Source of the DNA: Desulfosudaceae bacterium
GTDB taxonomy: Bacteria > Desulfobacterota > Desulfobacteria > Desulfobacterales > Desulfosudaceae
Direction: 5' to 3'
Length of the DNA: 64,000 nt
Assembly (NCBI GenBank): GCA_963674745.2
Contig: CAXXDV010000001.1
Span: forward strand, 608,001 to 672,000
The position numbers were made by a program, and so were the translations under genes. Of this stretch, positions 52,761 through 63,039 are shown piece by piece. The notes below the pieces were generated by a model. The model was given only the letters and a program-made list of their open reading frames with translations. It searched no databases and was not told the origin of the DNA. Numbering within the stretch: the stretch's first letter is position 1; every line of letters begins with the position of its first letter.

Positions 52761-53236
52761 TAGTGCGGGTAGGAGTAATCATTATGAAAACAATGCAATT
52801 ATCATTACCAGACGCCAAGGCCACTGGGCCGGTAGGTACGGTGTCAACGGAGGGAGCCCGATTATGGCTACTGGGCTGAATAATCCAAAATTTGCCAACC
52901 GGACGACACAGTAAAGCTGCCTCAAAAATCCCGTGTTTTTCTTTGTTTTCCAATGCCTTGAAAAGTTTTCTGTTCTTTTTATCTTTTTGACAATGTCCTG
53001 TCGAATCCCGCCTGAAAGGCCCATCAACAAGTTTCGCCCTCAGAAATATTGACACACAAGACCGCACTTGCTATAAATGATGACCATAAAAGCACCTTCT
53101 TATCCTTGAAAATTAAGAGGCTACAGAAAGCAGATTACAAAAAAATAAGTAGCAACATTAACACCCAGCACTTTGCACTGCCCAGTTAAAACTTTAACGC
53201 GTTTTATTAACAACAACTTTAGAAGAAAGTCGCCCC

Positions 53237-54589
53237 ATGAAAAGCCTGATCTTTTGCATAGTATTTTTAGCTATCGGTGTCGCTTTAGGCAGCGTATTGT
53301 TTAACGGTTCTGATACTGGGGAAAACTCGGTAGCCCACCAAACGCTTTGGAGTAATCCCTATTCGAACTGGCACAACCCGGCCTATTTGTTGCTTGGTGG
53401 TCAGGGAGCCCATTTTCATACGATTAGCTTCAGCACTAAACCGGACGCCACAATCCCCATTGAAAAGTCGCTACAGATTTTTCGTCATCATCTCTGGGGG
53501 GGTGAGTGGTTCCAGAGAGGCGTTACTACTGGCGGCTATGAAAACACCAACCAGGGCTACGAATTTGTCATAGTTGGCGCTCACAACCATCGGCGTACCG
53601 AAGACCAGTACAAAAAACTACTTGAATACACGGAACAAATTGCTCCGGCTTATGGTTATACCTCCGTAATCCGGGCGGCGGAGGTCTACCCACCCCATGA
53701 GGGCATGATCTGGAACGGGCTATGCAGAGACGAAAACAGCCAGCTAGCCACCTTTGTCACTAATAATAAAGTGGATTTTGTCAAAAAAGTCGTGGCCGCA
53801 GAAACCCCCGAGCACCACTCTCTGGCGGTAATTCTTCACCCCCAGGGCGGCGGTGCAGACGGTAGAAATTCCCAAAAAAGCGTTCTGGAAATGGCCAAGG
53901 CCGGGGCTGAAATGATTGAAATCTTCAACGGTTTATGGGAAACAGGAGATGACTTGTGCGTCAATGATCACTTTCGTACCGGATCAACTAATATAGAAAG
54001 GGCCCCGGCCGATGGCAATGCCGAAGACTACTGGGATATTCTTCTTACTTTGGGCCATAAAATTTGGGGAGAGGGTTGTGATGATTTCCATGGTTTCAGA
54101 AAGGGTGTTGATCCTGACTACCCAGCCCATGCTTATGGTGGTAATTATGTCTGGATGGAAGTTTTGGCACCCAAGAATCCCTCGCCGGAAGAAATCGTTC
54201 GACAACTGGAGAATGGCGCTTTTTACGTCACCCAAGGGGTGCAAATCAAAGATATCCGAGTTGAAAACGACACTATCACGATTGTCGGTGATGAAACCGT
54301 AGACTTTATTGAGGCCATCGGTAGTGTCGGCGGCGAAACAGCACTAAAACAGCTCAATCAAGGAAATGGTGATACCGGAACATTGCTTAAAAAGGAGATA
54401 GGAAATACCATTCATTATCAGGCGGACAGCACCACGCCTTATGATAATATCTACGTTAGATTCAGGCTGGTCAATACGGACTACGATGAAGCCTATTATT
54501 ATGATGAGCATAGAGACGGAGGCGGAGATGTCTATGCCTGGACTCAGCCCTTTTTCTTTCATTCGAAAACCCTGGACCACCAAGAATAG
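53237..54589 (+). CDS. Exported PHP-fold (CehA/McbA-like) metallohydrolase
   Basis: N-terminal signal/TM; HFHT, AHNH, ILHP, EIFNG, CDDFH and AWTQPF motifs. Confidence 0.7.
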   Translation: MKSLIFCIVFLAIGVALGSVLFNGSDTGENSVAHQTLWSNPYSNWHNPAYLLLGGQGAHFHTISFSTKPDATIPIEKSLQIFRHHLWGGEWFQRGVTTGGYENTNQGYEFVIVGAHNHRRTEDQYKKLLEYTEQIAPAYGYTSVIRAAEVYPPHEGMIWNGLCRDENSQLATFVTNNKVDFVKKVVAAETPEHHSLAVILHPQGGGADGRNSQKSVLEMAKAGAEMIEIFNGLWETGDDLCVNDHFRTGSTNIERAPADGNAEDYWDILLTLGHKIWGEGCDDFHGFRKGVDPDYPAHAYGGNYVWMEVLAPKNPSPEEIVRQLENGAFYVTQGVQIKDIRVENDTITIVGDETVDFIEAIGSVGGETALKQLNQGNGDTGTLLKKEIGNTIHYQADSTTPYDNIYVRFRLVNTDYDEAYYYDEHRDGGGDVYAWTQPFFFHSKTLDHQE

Positions 54590-55019
54590 CGCTTTAAAGA
54601 GCTAAAATTCTTGCCAGTCTCTCTTCTACTGTTTACTCTTTTTTATCCATGGACTGCTGAGGAGAGCTTTTTAAAATTCTTTTCTATAGATACACGTGGA
54701 TGATACTCACATTTAAGGTCTCTTCCACCGTCCCCCTGACAACCTTATACAGGTGTTTCTTTAACTGCCCCTGCTCGATCTTAATTATCTAACCTGATTT
54801 CAAATCTTTACTTCCCGCACACCTTTTGCTATCCTGCATTTGTAGCTCTCCTTCTGTTTTGTGGCTGAGTCTTGGTCTACCCAACCCTTACCAGATCGGG
54901 GGCTACTTCTTCATCAAAAAATGTGCGAAAAATATTGTACGTTATCGCAAATATGGGACTATCGAAAAAGGGGCTGGATGAAGGGTATGCTCCGGCCAGA
55001 ACGGTGAGCCACAGGCCAG

Positions 55020-55224
55020 CAAAGAAATCTGCCGACATGCTTAAAAGGCACGCTTACGGGAACCTGAAACATTGCGATTATCCGATTCATACCAGTAAAA
55101 GAGAATGTGTTAACAATAAAATTAAGGCCATAATACGAAAACCCTGTGGATTTCATGACGATAGACACTTTATATTAAAGGTCGTCATACAGGCCTTTAC
55201 CTCCCACTGATAGGGAGAAAAACC
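55020..55224 (+). mobile_element. ISL3-family transposase C-terminal remnant with right end
   Basis: HAYGNLKHCDYPIHTSKRECVNNKIKAIIRKPCGFHDDRHFILKV resembles the ISL3 EGxNNKIKxxKRxxYGF tail; followed by GGGAGAAAAACC. Confidence 0.72.
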
Positions 55225-55234
55225 ATATTTTGTT

Positions 55235-56233
55235 ATGAAACATAGTTTTAATGATCCGAAATGGTTCAATTCAATTGTTTTAAGGGTCGTTATATTTAAT
55301 ATAATAATCCTTTTTGTAATACTATTGATCGCTGAAGGACTTTTTAGAATACTAAACATCCCCTTCGATCCAATAGAAACACCTTCAGAATATACAATCG
55401 CTCAATTCGATAAAACACTCGGATGGTCGTATATTCCGAATAAAACAGAAACACAGACATTCGGATTAAATGAAAAACCTGTTGTCATGTGTTTTGACGA
55501 AAATGGTTTCAGGGTCGCTTCACCCAATCATATCCTTTCTAAGGAAGAGCCTTCGATTCTATTCGTGGGGTGTTCTTTCACCATGGGACACGGCGTATCC
55601 TTTGAAGAAAGTTTCCCTGGGAAATTTGGTCTATACCCAGAAGTCAAATATCAAATTATTAACGCAGGTGTTCAAGCGTATGGAACTGATCAATCTTATT
55701 TGATGTTGTCTAAAATATGTAATGCTTTCAATATAAAATACGTCGTCTATACGTTTATCCCCGGGCACTTAAGACGCAATATTAATTACGACAGACGGTT
55801 GCTTTACCCCAAAACTAAATTTTTAGGGACAAAACCTCTTTTTAAAATCAATAATCATGGAGATCTAGTATTATCGAAAAAGCCAATTCGCTATGAAAAT
55901 TATATACATTCTTATTTTTTTGATTTTTTGAAAATAAGGATTATCAATAAGTCTCACTTATTTGATATGTATTCACTCGATTTAACTGATAGAATTATTC
56001 ACAGAATGGATGATTTCTGTAAAAAGAATGATGCGCGTTTTATTCTTTTAAATTGGGGTGGAGAAAAATATTTCAATTATAACGATATTCCGACAATTCA
56101 TGTTTATAATAGAAATTTACCATCAAGCTGGTATTCCATGATTATTCCTGGTGACGGACATCCTGATAAAAAGGCCCATGAATATATAGCCCGATTACTT
56201 CTTAACTTTTTTTTAAAGAATAATTTTTTGTAA
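55235..56233 (+). CDS. Membrane-anchored SGNH/GDSL hydrolase-like protein
   Basis: N-terminal TM, GCSFTMG block I, NAGVQAYGTDQ block II, DGHP; AT-rich. Confidence 0.75.
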   Translation: MKHSFNDPKWFNSIVLRVVIFNIIILFVILLIAEGLFRILNIPFDPIETPSEYTIAQFDKTLGWSYIPNKTETQTFGLNEKPVVMCFDENGFRVASPNHILSKEEPSILFVGCSFTMGHGVSFEESFPGKFGLYPEVKYQIINAGVQAYGTDQSYLMLSKICNAFNIKYVVYTFIPGHLRRNINYDRRLLYPKTKFLGTKPLFKINNHGDLVLSKKPIRYENYIHSYFFDFLKIRIINKSHLFDMYSLDLTDRIIHRMDDFCKKNDARFILLNWGGEKYFNYNDIPTIHVYNRNLPSSWYSMIIPGDGHPDKKAHEYIARLLLNFFLKNNFL

Positions 56234-56435
56234 TGTATTCTTTGAAAGGCAGATTGGATTTTGACCCGGATGATCCCCTGTGCTTCTGCCTTAGACAATA
56301 AAAATCCAGCCCTAAAACAGGAAACCCTCTTTTTGCAAGAGGGGTGTCAGATTAAACCGAAACGACCAAACATTAAGTGAGTGTATCAAGAAGGCCTGAA
56401 GTGTGTCCCGGATTTAATCCGTAACAACATCCGTA

Positions 56436-57233
56436 TTAGACCCCGAGATTTGAAACAGATTCTTCCGTAAGGCCGTAATCCGCTTCCGCCGGGATGCAGA
56501 GGACCGGGCCGTCAGGGCGTTGTTCCACCCTGGGCAGTACCGTGACCACAGGATTCTGTCTGCAATATCTGCGTGCGGCATCAAGATTTTTGAACCGGCT
56601 CATTTTGGTGATGTTCATGCGAGTGGGAAACATCACCGTGAATTTACCTTCAGCGGCTACGGAAATAACCTTTTCCGGTGTAAGCCACAGGGAATCCACG
56701 GATTCACATCCGTCATGGCAGCCGGTATGACCTGCGGGCGCATCGGCAATGAAGAACCAGGTATCAAACCGTTTGGGCATGACCCCTGGGGTGATCCAGT
56801 GGGCAAACGGCGTCAAGCAGTCACAGGCGGGATACAGGTCTTCTTTTTCAAGCATCTGGCTGAATTTCAACTCATTGGCGCATAGCGCCCGGCGCTTGTC
56901 CTCCAGGCCTGCCAGGCGGTCGGATGAAACGATCTTCGCGTCGCCGCGATCCCTGGCCAGCAGGATGCCGCTCTCTTCATACACCTCCCGGATGGCCGCC
57001 ACATAAAAGCCGATATCCGGCTCCGGCCTGCGATTCACCATAAGGCACCGTCGGACAACACCGGGCATGGCGTCGTCCGCCTCCACCTTGCCTCCGGGAA
57101 AGACAAGCGCGCCGGCGGCAAAGTCAATCTGCCGGTTCCGCTTGACCATGAAGATTTCAATATCGTCCCCGCTATCCCTTCCCAGAATGATCGTCGCCGA
57201 AGGAATCGTACCTTTTATACCTGTTTCGCTCAT
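56436..57233 (-). CDS. NUDIX hydrolase
   Basis: VFPGGKV...AAIREVYEESG Nudix box; HWITP...RFDTWFF. Confidence 0.88.
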   Translation of the reverse strand: MSETGIKGTIPSATIILGRDSGDDIEIFMVKRNRQIDFAAGALVFPGGKVEADDAMPGVVRRCLMVNRRPEPDIGFYVAAIREVYEESGILLARDRGDAKIVSSDRLAGLEDKRRALCANELKFSQMLEKEDLYPACDCLTPFAHWITPGVMPKRFDTWFFIADAPAGHTGCHDGCESVDSLWLTPEKVISVAAEGKFTVMFPTRMNITKMSRFKNLDAARRYCRQNPVVTVLPRVEQRPDGPVLCIPAEADYGLTEESVSNLGV

Positions 57234-57349
57234 ATCCTTTTCATATCACCCGCCGGTCATTTATGCCATATCAAAGTAAAGAGCGTTTGACACAGAACCG
57301 CCGGTCCGGTTAAAAATACCAGAAACATAAAATTGACAAAGGTACAAGT

Positions 57350-58429
57350 ATGCGGACCGGCATCGCCAACCTTCCCCTGCACGGCGGCAAAGCGCCGAGA
57401 TGGCTCTTTGTCCGCATGCAGAAGCTTGCCCGGGAAATCGTCAAATTCATTACCTATGAATCCGGCCCGGAGGAAGTGCTGAACAAACTCTCCGACCCGT
57501 TCTGGTTTCAATGCTTCGGGTGCGTGCTCGGTTTTGACTGGCACTCCAGCGGCGTGACCACAACCGTATGCGGGGCCGTTAAAGAAGGTATTAAAGGCAT
57601 GGAAACCGAGCTGGGTTTTTTTGCCGCCGGCGGCAAAGGGGCGACATCGCGCAAAACACCGGGAGAAATTCAGAACTGGGCGGAAAAAATATCTTCGATC
57701 GCCCATGACGATCTTGTCTATGCCAGCCGCATGTCGGCCAAGGTCGACTCGGCAGCGGTACAGGACGGTTACCAGCTTTATCATCATGGTTTTTTCTTTA
57801 CCAAAAACAATAAATGGTGCGTCGTCCAGCAGGGCATGAATGATCGGAATCACTACGCACGCCGCTATCACTGGCTTGGTGATAATGTACAGAGTTTTGT
57901 TATCGAACCGCATGCGGCCGTGTGTGCCCAGGAAAAAGCAGCCACCCTTAACCTGATCGCAAACGAAAGCGATCAGTGCCGGGACGTCTCCTGCCGGATA
58001 TCCCGGGAGAAACCGGAAAAACTGCTGTCGGAACTCAATAAAATACTGACGCTGGACATGACCGCCGATCACTGGATCAACCCCAAAAGAGATATTAATC
58101 CAAAATATCTTGAAAAAACATTATTAAAAACCTACGAGGGCCAGCCGGAGAATTTTGCCGGCTTGCTGGGGCTTCAAGGCGTGGGGCCGAAAACCATCAG
58201 GGCCTTATCGCTGATATCCGATATCGTATACGGCGCCAGGCCCAGCTTCCGCGATCCGGCCCGTTACTCATTCGCCCACGGTGGCAAAGATGGAACACCC
58301 TATCCCGTGGACCGGGAAAGCTACGACTTATCCATTCAAGTCCTGAACAAGGCCCTGGACAAAGGCAAAATCGATTACACGGAAAAAGTCAAAGCCTTCA
58401 AGCGCCTGGCGGCTTTTCAAAAGGAATAG
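57350..58429 (+). CDS. DUF763 family protein
   Basis: LPLHGGKAP.WL, DWHSSGVTT, SAKVDSAAVQDG, VVQQGM and FAHGGKDG.PYPV. Confidence 0.88.
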   Translation: MRTGIANLPLHGGKAPRWLFVRMQKLAREIVKFITYESGPEEVLNKLSDPFWFQCFGCVLGFDWHSSGVTTTVCGAVKEGIKGMETELGFFAAGGKGATSRKTPGEIQNWAEKISSIAHDDLVYASRMSAKVDSAAVQDGYQLYHHGFFFTKNNKWCVVQQGMNDRNHYARRYHWLGDNVQSFVIEPHAAVCAQEKAATLNLIANESDQCRDVSCRISREKPEKLLSELNKILTLDMTADHWINPKRDINPKYLEKTLLKTYEGQPENFAGLLGLQGVGPKTIRALSLISDIVYGARPSFRDPARYSFAHGGKDGTPYPVDRESYDLSIQVLNKALDKGKIDYTEKVKAFKRLAAFQKE

Positions 58430-58433
58430 ACCG

Positions 58434-59621
58434 TCAGTCGGTCAGTGTGCCCCGTTTAACGGCGTTTTTACCGAATTTTTCAGCAATGGCCGAAACCGAG
58501 CGGTCCACTTTTTCCCAACGGCTGTCGCGCTGCCTGTCGACATCGAACAATTCCATCTGTACGCCGGTGGTTTTGAAAACAAGTCCGGCCGCGCCAACGC
58601 CGATCAACCGCACCTTTTGAGCAAGGCCCCGGTTTTCCAAAAGCATTACAGCATGACGGTAGATGGCGTCAGACGACTGAACCGGGGGATCAAGCGTCTG
58701 TTGGCGACTGGTTTCCGAAAAATCGGCATACTTGACCTTGATGTACACCACCCGGGCCTTTGCCCCGAGTTTCTGAAGCTGCCGGCAAACGTCACCGGCC
58801 TGACGCAACAGGTGCTGCTCGAGAACCGCCATATCGGCCGTGTCCCGGGACAGGGTCGTTTCCGTGCTGACCGATTTTGTCTGGCCGGTCGTGATGACCG
58901 GATCATCGTCACGACCCCGGGACAGCCATGTCAGCCGCCGGCCGAACTTGCCGAGCTTTTTCAGCAGCATGTCTTCAGGATATCGGGCCACATCGCCCAG
59001 CGTTTCAATGCCCAGCAAGGATAACCGCTGGCGGGTAACCCGCCCCACTCCCGGTACCTTGTGCACCGGAAGCGTCTCGATGAAACCGGACACCGCCTCA
59101 TGTGGAATAATGGTCAGGCCGTCCGGCTTGTTCATGTCCGAGGCGATCTTGGCCAGAAATTTCAGGGGCGCGCCACCCACCGAACAGGTCAGGCCGATGG
59201 ATTCGAAAATCTTTTTCTTGATAGTCTTCGCGATCTCTTCCGGCGTCCCATGCAACCGCCGACACCCGGCAATATCAACATAAGCCTCGTCGATAGAAAC
59301 CTGCTCGACCAGCGGCGAAACAGTCGTCAGGATTTCCATGACACGCGTGGAGACTTCTTTGTATCGTTCCTTGCGGGGCGGGGTTATGACAGCCGAAGGG
59401 CAGAGTTGCCTGGCCCGCACCATGGACATGGCCGAATGCACGCCAAAGGCCCGCGCCTCGTAGCTCGCGGCCGCCACGACTCCCCGGTCGGAGTCACCGC
59501 CCACCAGCACGCATTTTCCCTTGAGGTCGGGATTGTCAAGCTGCTCAATCGACGCGAAAAAAGCGTCCATATCAATGTGCAGAATCATGGTCCTGTCCGG
59601 ATCAATGTCATTTTCCATCAT
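58434..59621 (-). CDS. dinB: DNA polymerase IV
   Basis: HIDMDAFFASIE, AASYEAR.FGV.SAM, SIDEAY and AKIASD..KPDG. Confidence 0.95.
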   Translation of the reverse strand: MMENDIDPDRTMILHIDMDAFFASIEQLDNPDLKGKCVLVGGDSDRGVVAAASYEARAFGVHSAMSMVRARQLCPSAVITPPRKERYKEVSTRVMEILTTVSPLVEQVSIDEAYVDIAGCRRLHGTPEEIAKTIKKKIFESIGLTCSVGGAPLKFLAKIASDMNKPDGLTIIPHEAVSGFIETLPVHKVPGVGRVTRQRLSLLGIETLGDVARYPEDMLLKKLGKFGRRLTWLSRGRDDDPVITTGQTKSVSTETTLSRDTADMAVLEQHLLRQAGDVCRQLQKLGAKARVVYIKVKYADFSETSRQQTLDPPVQSSDAIYRHAVMLLENRGLAQKVRLIGVGAAGLVFKTTGVQMELFDVDRQRDSRWEKVDRSVSAIAEKFGKNAVKRGTLTD

Positions 59622-59742
59622 AACGCGATTGTCTGTTCACATTATACAGGCGAATCAGCCGGTCATAAATCCCTTTTTTATTGCTTGTAAACCTTATTTA
59701 TAATAAATAAATTCAAGGGGTAAATAATACAAAGGAGAGATT

Positions 59743-60126
59743 ATGTCGCTGACGGTAACCACTTCAAAAATGGCAAAAGGCGTTTTTGTGATTAAACCCG
59801 AGGGTTCCATAAACACGGACACTTACGATGTTCTTGAAAAAGAGACGCAAAAAGTGCTGAAAAAAGGCCCGCAAAAAATCATCCTGGACATGGTGGGCGT
59901 AGAATATATCAGCAGCATGGGGCTCCGGGTGGTCCTGTCAACATTGAAGGCCCTTAAAAATGAAAATGGTGAACTTGCGCTGGTAAACCTTCAGCCGCAA
60001 ATACAAAAGGTGTTTGACATCGTTAACGCCATGCCGTCCATGAGAATATTCGAAAGCATGGAAGAGATGGACAGGTATCTTGATGCCATGCAGAAAAAAG
60101 CGCTGGCCGGAGAGGACGAGGAATGA
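59743..60126 (+). CDS. STAS-domain anti-sigma factor antagonist
   Basis: LDMVGVEYISSMGLRV motif; AAGGAG RBS. Confidence 0.88.
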   Translation: MSLTVTTSKMAKGVFVIKPEGSINTDTYDVLEKETQKVLKKGPQKIILDMVGVEYISSMGLRVVLSTLKALKNENGELALVNLQPQIQKVFDIVNAMPSMRIFESMEEMDRYLDAMQKKALAGEDEE

Positions 60127-60638
60127 CGCTTCAGGCCGCCTTGGCCGATTTGGCGGATTTGCTGGCCGATAAGCCCGGCATGTCCGGCTCGGAAGTCCTG
60201 TCCAGGGGCCGGGAACTGCTGACCTGGAAAACGTCACAGCAATTAGACGGCATTTTCAAAACGCCGCCGACCCTGATGACCGCGACCCTGGACGACGGTA
60301 TCGGGCAGGGGCTGAAATCAATTCACTGCTTTGCCGAACTGGCCGGCATGAAGACCGTTCCCCTTGGACTGATGCAGGCGCCGGAAACCATCATTGCTGA
60401 ATGCCGTCGACAGGTGCCCGACTTTCTCGGTTTGACGGTGCTGCACTATGAAACTGAAGAACGGCTCTGCAGCGACATTATCCCGCAACTTCCGGATTCC
60501 GTGCAGGTTATTGCGGGCGGCCCTATTTTCGCCACCATGAGTGAAGCGGTTTTGGCGGCAAAGCCCTACCGCGTTTTGAACAACATCAAGGTATTTTTGA
60601 ACTTTCTGCTGGACATGAATGATAACCGTGGTCTTTAG
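60123..60638 (+). CDS. Cobalamin-binding-like Rossmann domain protein
   Basis: ATLDDGIGQG, LG...PE.II....PDFLGLT and VIAGG; lacks the DxHxxG His. Confidence 0.6.
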   Translation: MTLQAALADLADLLADKPGMSGSEVLSRGRELLTWKTSQQLDGIFKTPPTLMTATLDDGIGQGLKSIHCFAELAGMKTVPLGLMQAPETIIAECRRQVPDFLGLTVLHYETEERLCSDIIPQLPDSVQVIAGGPIFATMSEAVLAAKPYRVLNNIKVFLNFLLDMNDNRGL

Positions 60639-62260
60639 TCCAGACCGGCCAGCACTTTTTCGGCGGCGAAAATACCGGACATGATGACCGCCGACTGACC
60701 GCCGCAGGGAAAGGTCCAGGCCCCGGCCAGATAAAGGTTGTCAATCGGTGTCTTTTGGGGCAGCCGTTTGAACATGCTCTGTTCCGGAGTATTAGCCCAG
60801 CCGAGAATCGCCCCCTTGGGGTTAAGGGTATAATGCTCCATGGTACGCGGTGAGCCTACTTCCATGACCTCGATATGCCGGCTCAGCTCGGGCAGGAACT
60901 TTTCCGCCCGCCTGACCAGCTGCATGCCCACCTCGTTTTTCAATTGCCGGTATTGCTCATACCCCTTGTCTTCGTACCAGCCCGCCTTCCAATCATAGGG
61001 CATGATCGTAGTCAGGCAGATAACATTTTTTCCGGCCGGCGCACAGGTGGGATCGACCAATGTATAATTGGCGATGACATAAGGGATATCCTCCACATTC
61101 GCATCCACCGACCGGATAGCACCGAAATCCGCGTTTCGGCTGCCGTCTCCGGCCAGGTTGACGAATATTTCATGGGAATCGCTGAAACGATCGTTGTACT
61201 CACGGTCCACCCCGAGATACACCATCAGGGCGGAAGCGCCGATCTCCATACCTTCCACAGCGGCCGCATAATCCTCGGGCAGATGTTTACGACCGACCAG
61301 CTTGAACAGGGTGGCCGGCGCGTTGGCGTTTGAAATCACGTATCGGCTGCTGTATGCACGGCCGTCATCTGTCACGACACCGGTGGCGACACCGTCCTCA
61401 ACAATGATCCGGGTGACCCGGGTTGACAGCAGGATATCGCCGCCGTTTTCCCGGATAACTTCGGCCAGGGCGTCGGAAACAGCCTGGGACCCGCCTTCAA
61501 GATAATAATAACCGTGCCGGTGATAGCTGTTCCACATGGCCGCGAAAACCGGTGCCGAGATATTGTCGGGACCGTCACCGAGAAATCCGGCCAGTTGGGT
61601 AAAGACCTGGATCAGTCGTTCATCCTGGATATACCGCCTGATCATCTGCCCGGCCGTGGCGTTCCAGTTCCGCAGCAGGGTGGCAAGGCACAAGGGGTGC
61701 CGTACACCGCCCCACAAGCCGCTTAAAATATCGCCCTGCGTAAAATCCATGCCCGAGGACATAATTGTATATATTCTCTTGAATGCGGCAAACAGATCAT
61801 TGATGCCTTGGGCTTCTTCCGGAAACCGTTCCCTTAATTGTTGGGCATAGTCATCCACATCGGCCGGAATGTCCATCACCAGGTCTGAGTATACGGTCCG
61901 GTACATGGGGTCCAGCTTGACCGGTTGAAGCTTGTCATAAATGCCGAGCTGGTGAAAAAAGCCGTACGTCAGGCCGCCGGGATCAAGACCGTCAATGGCA
62001 TGCAGCGACACTTCAAAACGATAGTCGTCGCGTTCAAAGCATGTCATATAACCGCCCGGACGGTGGTGCTGCTCAATTACCAGGACTCGCTTACCCGCCG
62101 CCGCCAGCCTGGCCGCGGCCCCGAGTCCGCCCCCGCCGGCACCGACGACAATGGCATCATACGGCGCTTCTTTGCCGGTCGTATCCTTCACCTTCGCGCT
62201 GGAACAGGAAAACACCAAAAGTCCGGTTACGATTACCGCCAGCATGATTTTTGTTTTCAT
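60635..62260 (-). CDS. Phytoene desaturase/retinol saturase-family FAD oxidoreductase with lipoprotein signal
   Basis: MKTK-hydrophobic-VFSC, DAIVVGAGGGG, EQHHRPGGY and TPIDNLYLAGAWTFP.GG. Confidence 0.85.
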   Translation of the reverse strand: MKTKIMLAVIVTGLLVFSCSSAKVKDTTGKEAPYDAIVVGAGGGGLGAAARLAAAGKRVLVIEQHHRPGGYMTCFERDDYRFEVSLHAIDGLDPGGLTYGFFHQLGIYDKLQPVKLDPMYRTVYSDLVMDIPADVDDYAQQLRERFPEEAQGINDLFAAFKRIYTIMSSGMDFTQGDILSGLWGGVRHPLCLATLLRNWNATAGQMIRRYIQDERLIQVFTQLAGFLGDGPDNISAPVFAAMWNSYHRHGYYYLEGGSQAVSDALAEVIRENGGDILLSTRVTRIIVEDGVATGVVTDDGRAYSSRYVISNANAPATLFKLVGRKHLPEDYAAAVEGMEIGASALMVYLGVDREYNDRFSDSHEIFVNLAGDGSRNADFGAIRSVDANVEDIPYVIANYTLVDPTCAPAGKNVICLTTIMPYDWKAGWYEDKGYEQYRQLKNEVGMQLVRRAEKFLPELSRHIEVMEVGSPRTMEHYTLNPKGAILGWANTPEQSMFKRLPQKTPIDNLYLAGAWTFPCGGQSAVIMSGIFAAEKVLAGLD

Positions 62261-62397
62261 CTCTCCCCCCGTTTTATCTTTTAAAAATATTGTTTAACTG
62301 AACATTTTATGAAATTGATTGATAAGTTATTGTTTATGAGCATATTTTATTTTTTCAATCCATGCAAACCCGTGACTGAAAAACTGGAGGCTGAATA

Positions 62398-62859
62398 ATG
62401 ACCATCAATAAAGATCTGCTGGCCCCCTGCGGTTTGTACTGCGGGGTGTGCGGCATCCTGATCGCCGACCGGGACGACAACCAGAAATTTAAAGAACGAC
62501 TGTGCACGGTTTACGGCACAAAACCCGAAGACATCCGCTGCAAGGGATGCCTGCATGAAAACGAGGAAGATGTTTTCTTTTATTGCCGGTCCTGCCCGAT
62601 CAAGGACTGCACCCGGGAAAAAGGAATTGAAGGCTGTCATCTATGTGATGATTTTCCCTGCCGCCTGATCGAAGACTTCCCCATGCCGGTCGGCAAGCGC
62701 GTCATGCTGCGCGCCATCCCCCAGTGGCGGGAATGGGGAACTGAAAAATGGATTGAAGAAGAAGAAAAACGTTATCACTGCCCCTCCTGCGGCTACGCCC
62801 TGTTTCGGGGTGCCAAACGATGCCGGCAGTGCAAGGAACCGGTCGACCTGGACGGATAA
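62398..62859 (+). CDS. DUF3795 Cys-rich protein with C-terminal zinc ribbon
   Basis: APCGLYCGVC, CKGC, CPIKDC, CHLCDDFPC and CPSCG...CRQC; GGAGG RBS. Confidence 0.85.
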   Translation: MTINKDLLAPCGLYCGVCGILIADRDDNQKFKERLCTVYGTKPEDIRCKGCLHENEEDVFFYCRSCPIKDCTREKGIEGCHLCDDFPCRLIEDFPMPVGKRVMLRAIPQWREWGTEKWIEEEEKRYHCPSCGYALFRGAKRCRQCKEPVDLDG

Positions 62860-62874
62860 GATCGGGGCATCTCC

Positions 62875-63039
62875 CGATTGGTTGCAGCAAACCAATTTTA
62901 TCATCTCCAGCGCAGTCGATGGTTTCGAGAAGGATTCAACCACTTGTCCCCGCGGGCACTGGGAGCCACGAGCTCAATTGGAGAAAAGCCCAAATTTTGA
63001 GCTGAACGGCTCGCAGATGGCGAAGAACGCAACCAACCG
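62875..63039 (-). ncRNA. Candidate structured non-coding RNA (unassigned family)
   Basis: 12-bp closing stem and two internal hairpins; G-U pairs favour the minus strand; upstream TTGCCG-N18-TACACT promoter-like sequence. Confidence 0.45.

Noticed and set aside
52760..53067. N-terminal extension of the 467-aa ORF
   Set aside because: It starts at a non-ATG codon with no RBS and does not read like the downstream domain; probably read-through into unrelated DNA.
32760..56400. Prophage, ICE or integron interpretation of the accessory region
   Set aside because: No integrase, structural, conjugation or intI gene and no convincing attC sites were seen.
62875..63039. Assignment as 6S RNA, SRP RNA or SAM riboswitch
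   Set aside because: The branched fold lacks the SRP GGAA-loop motif and SAM-I consensus and is not the simple 6S rod; left unassigned.
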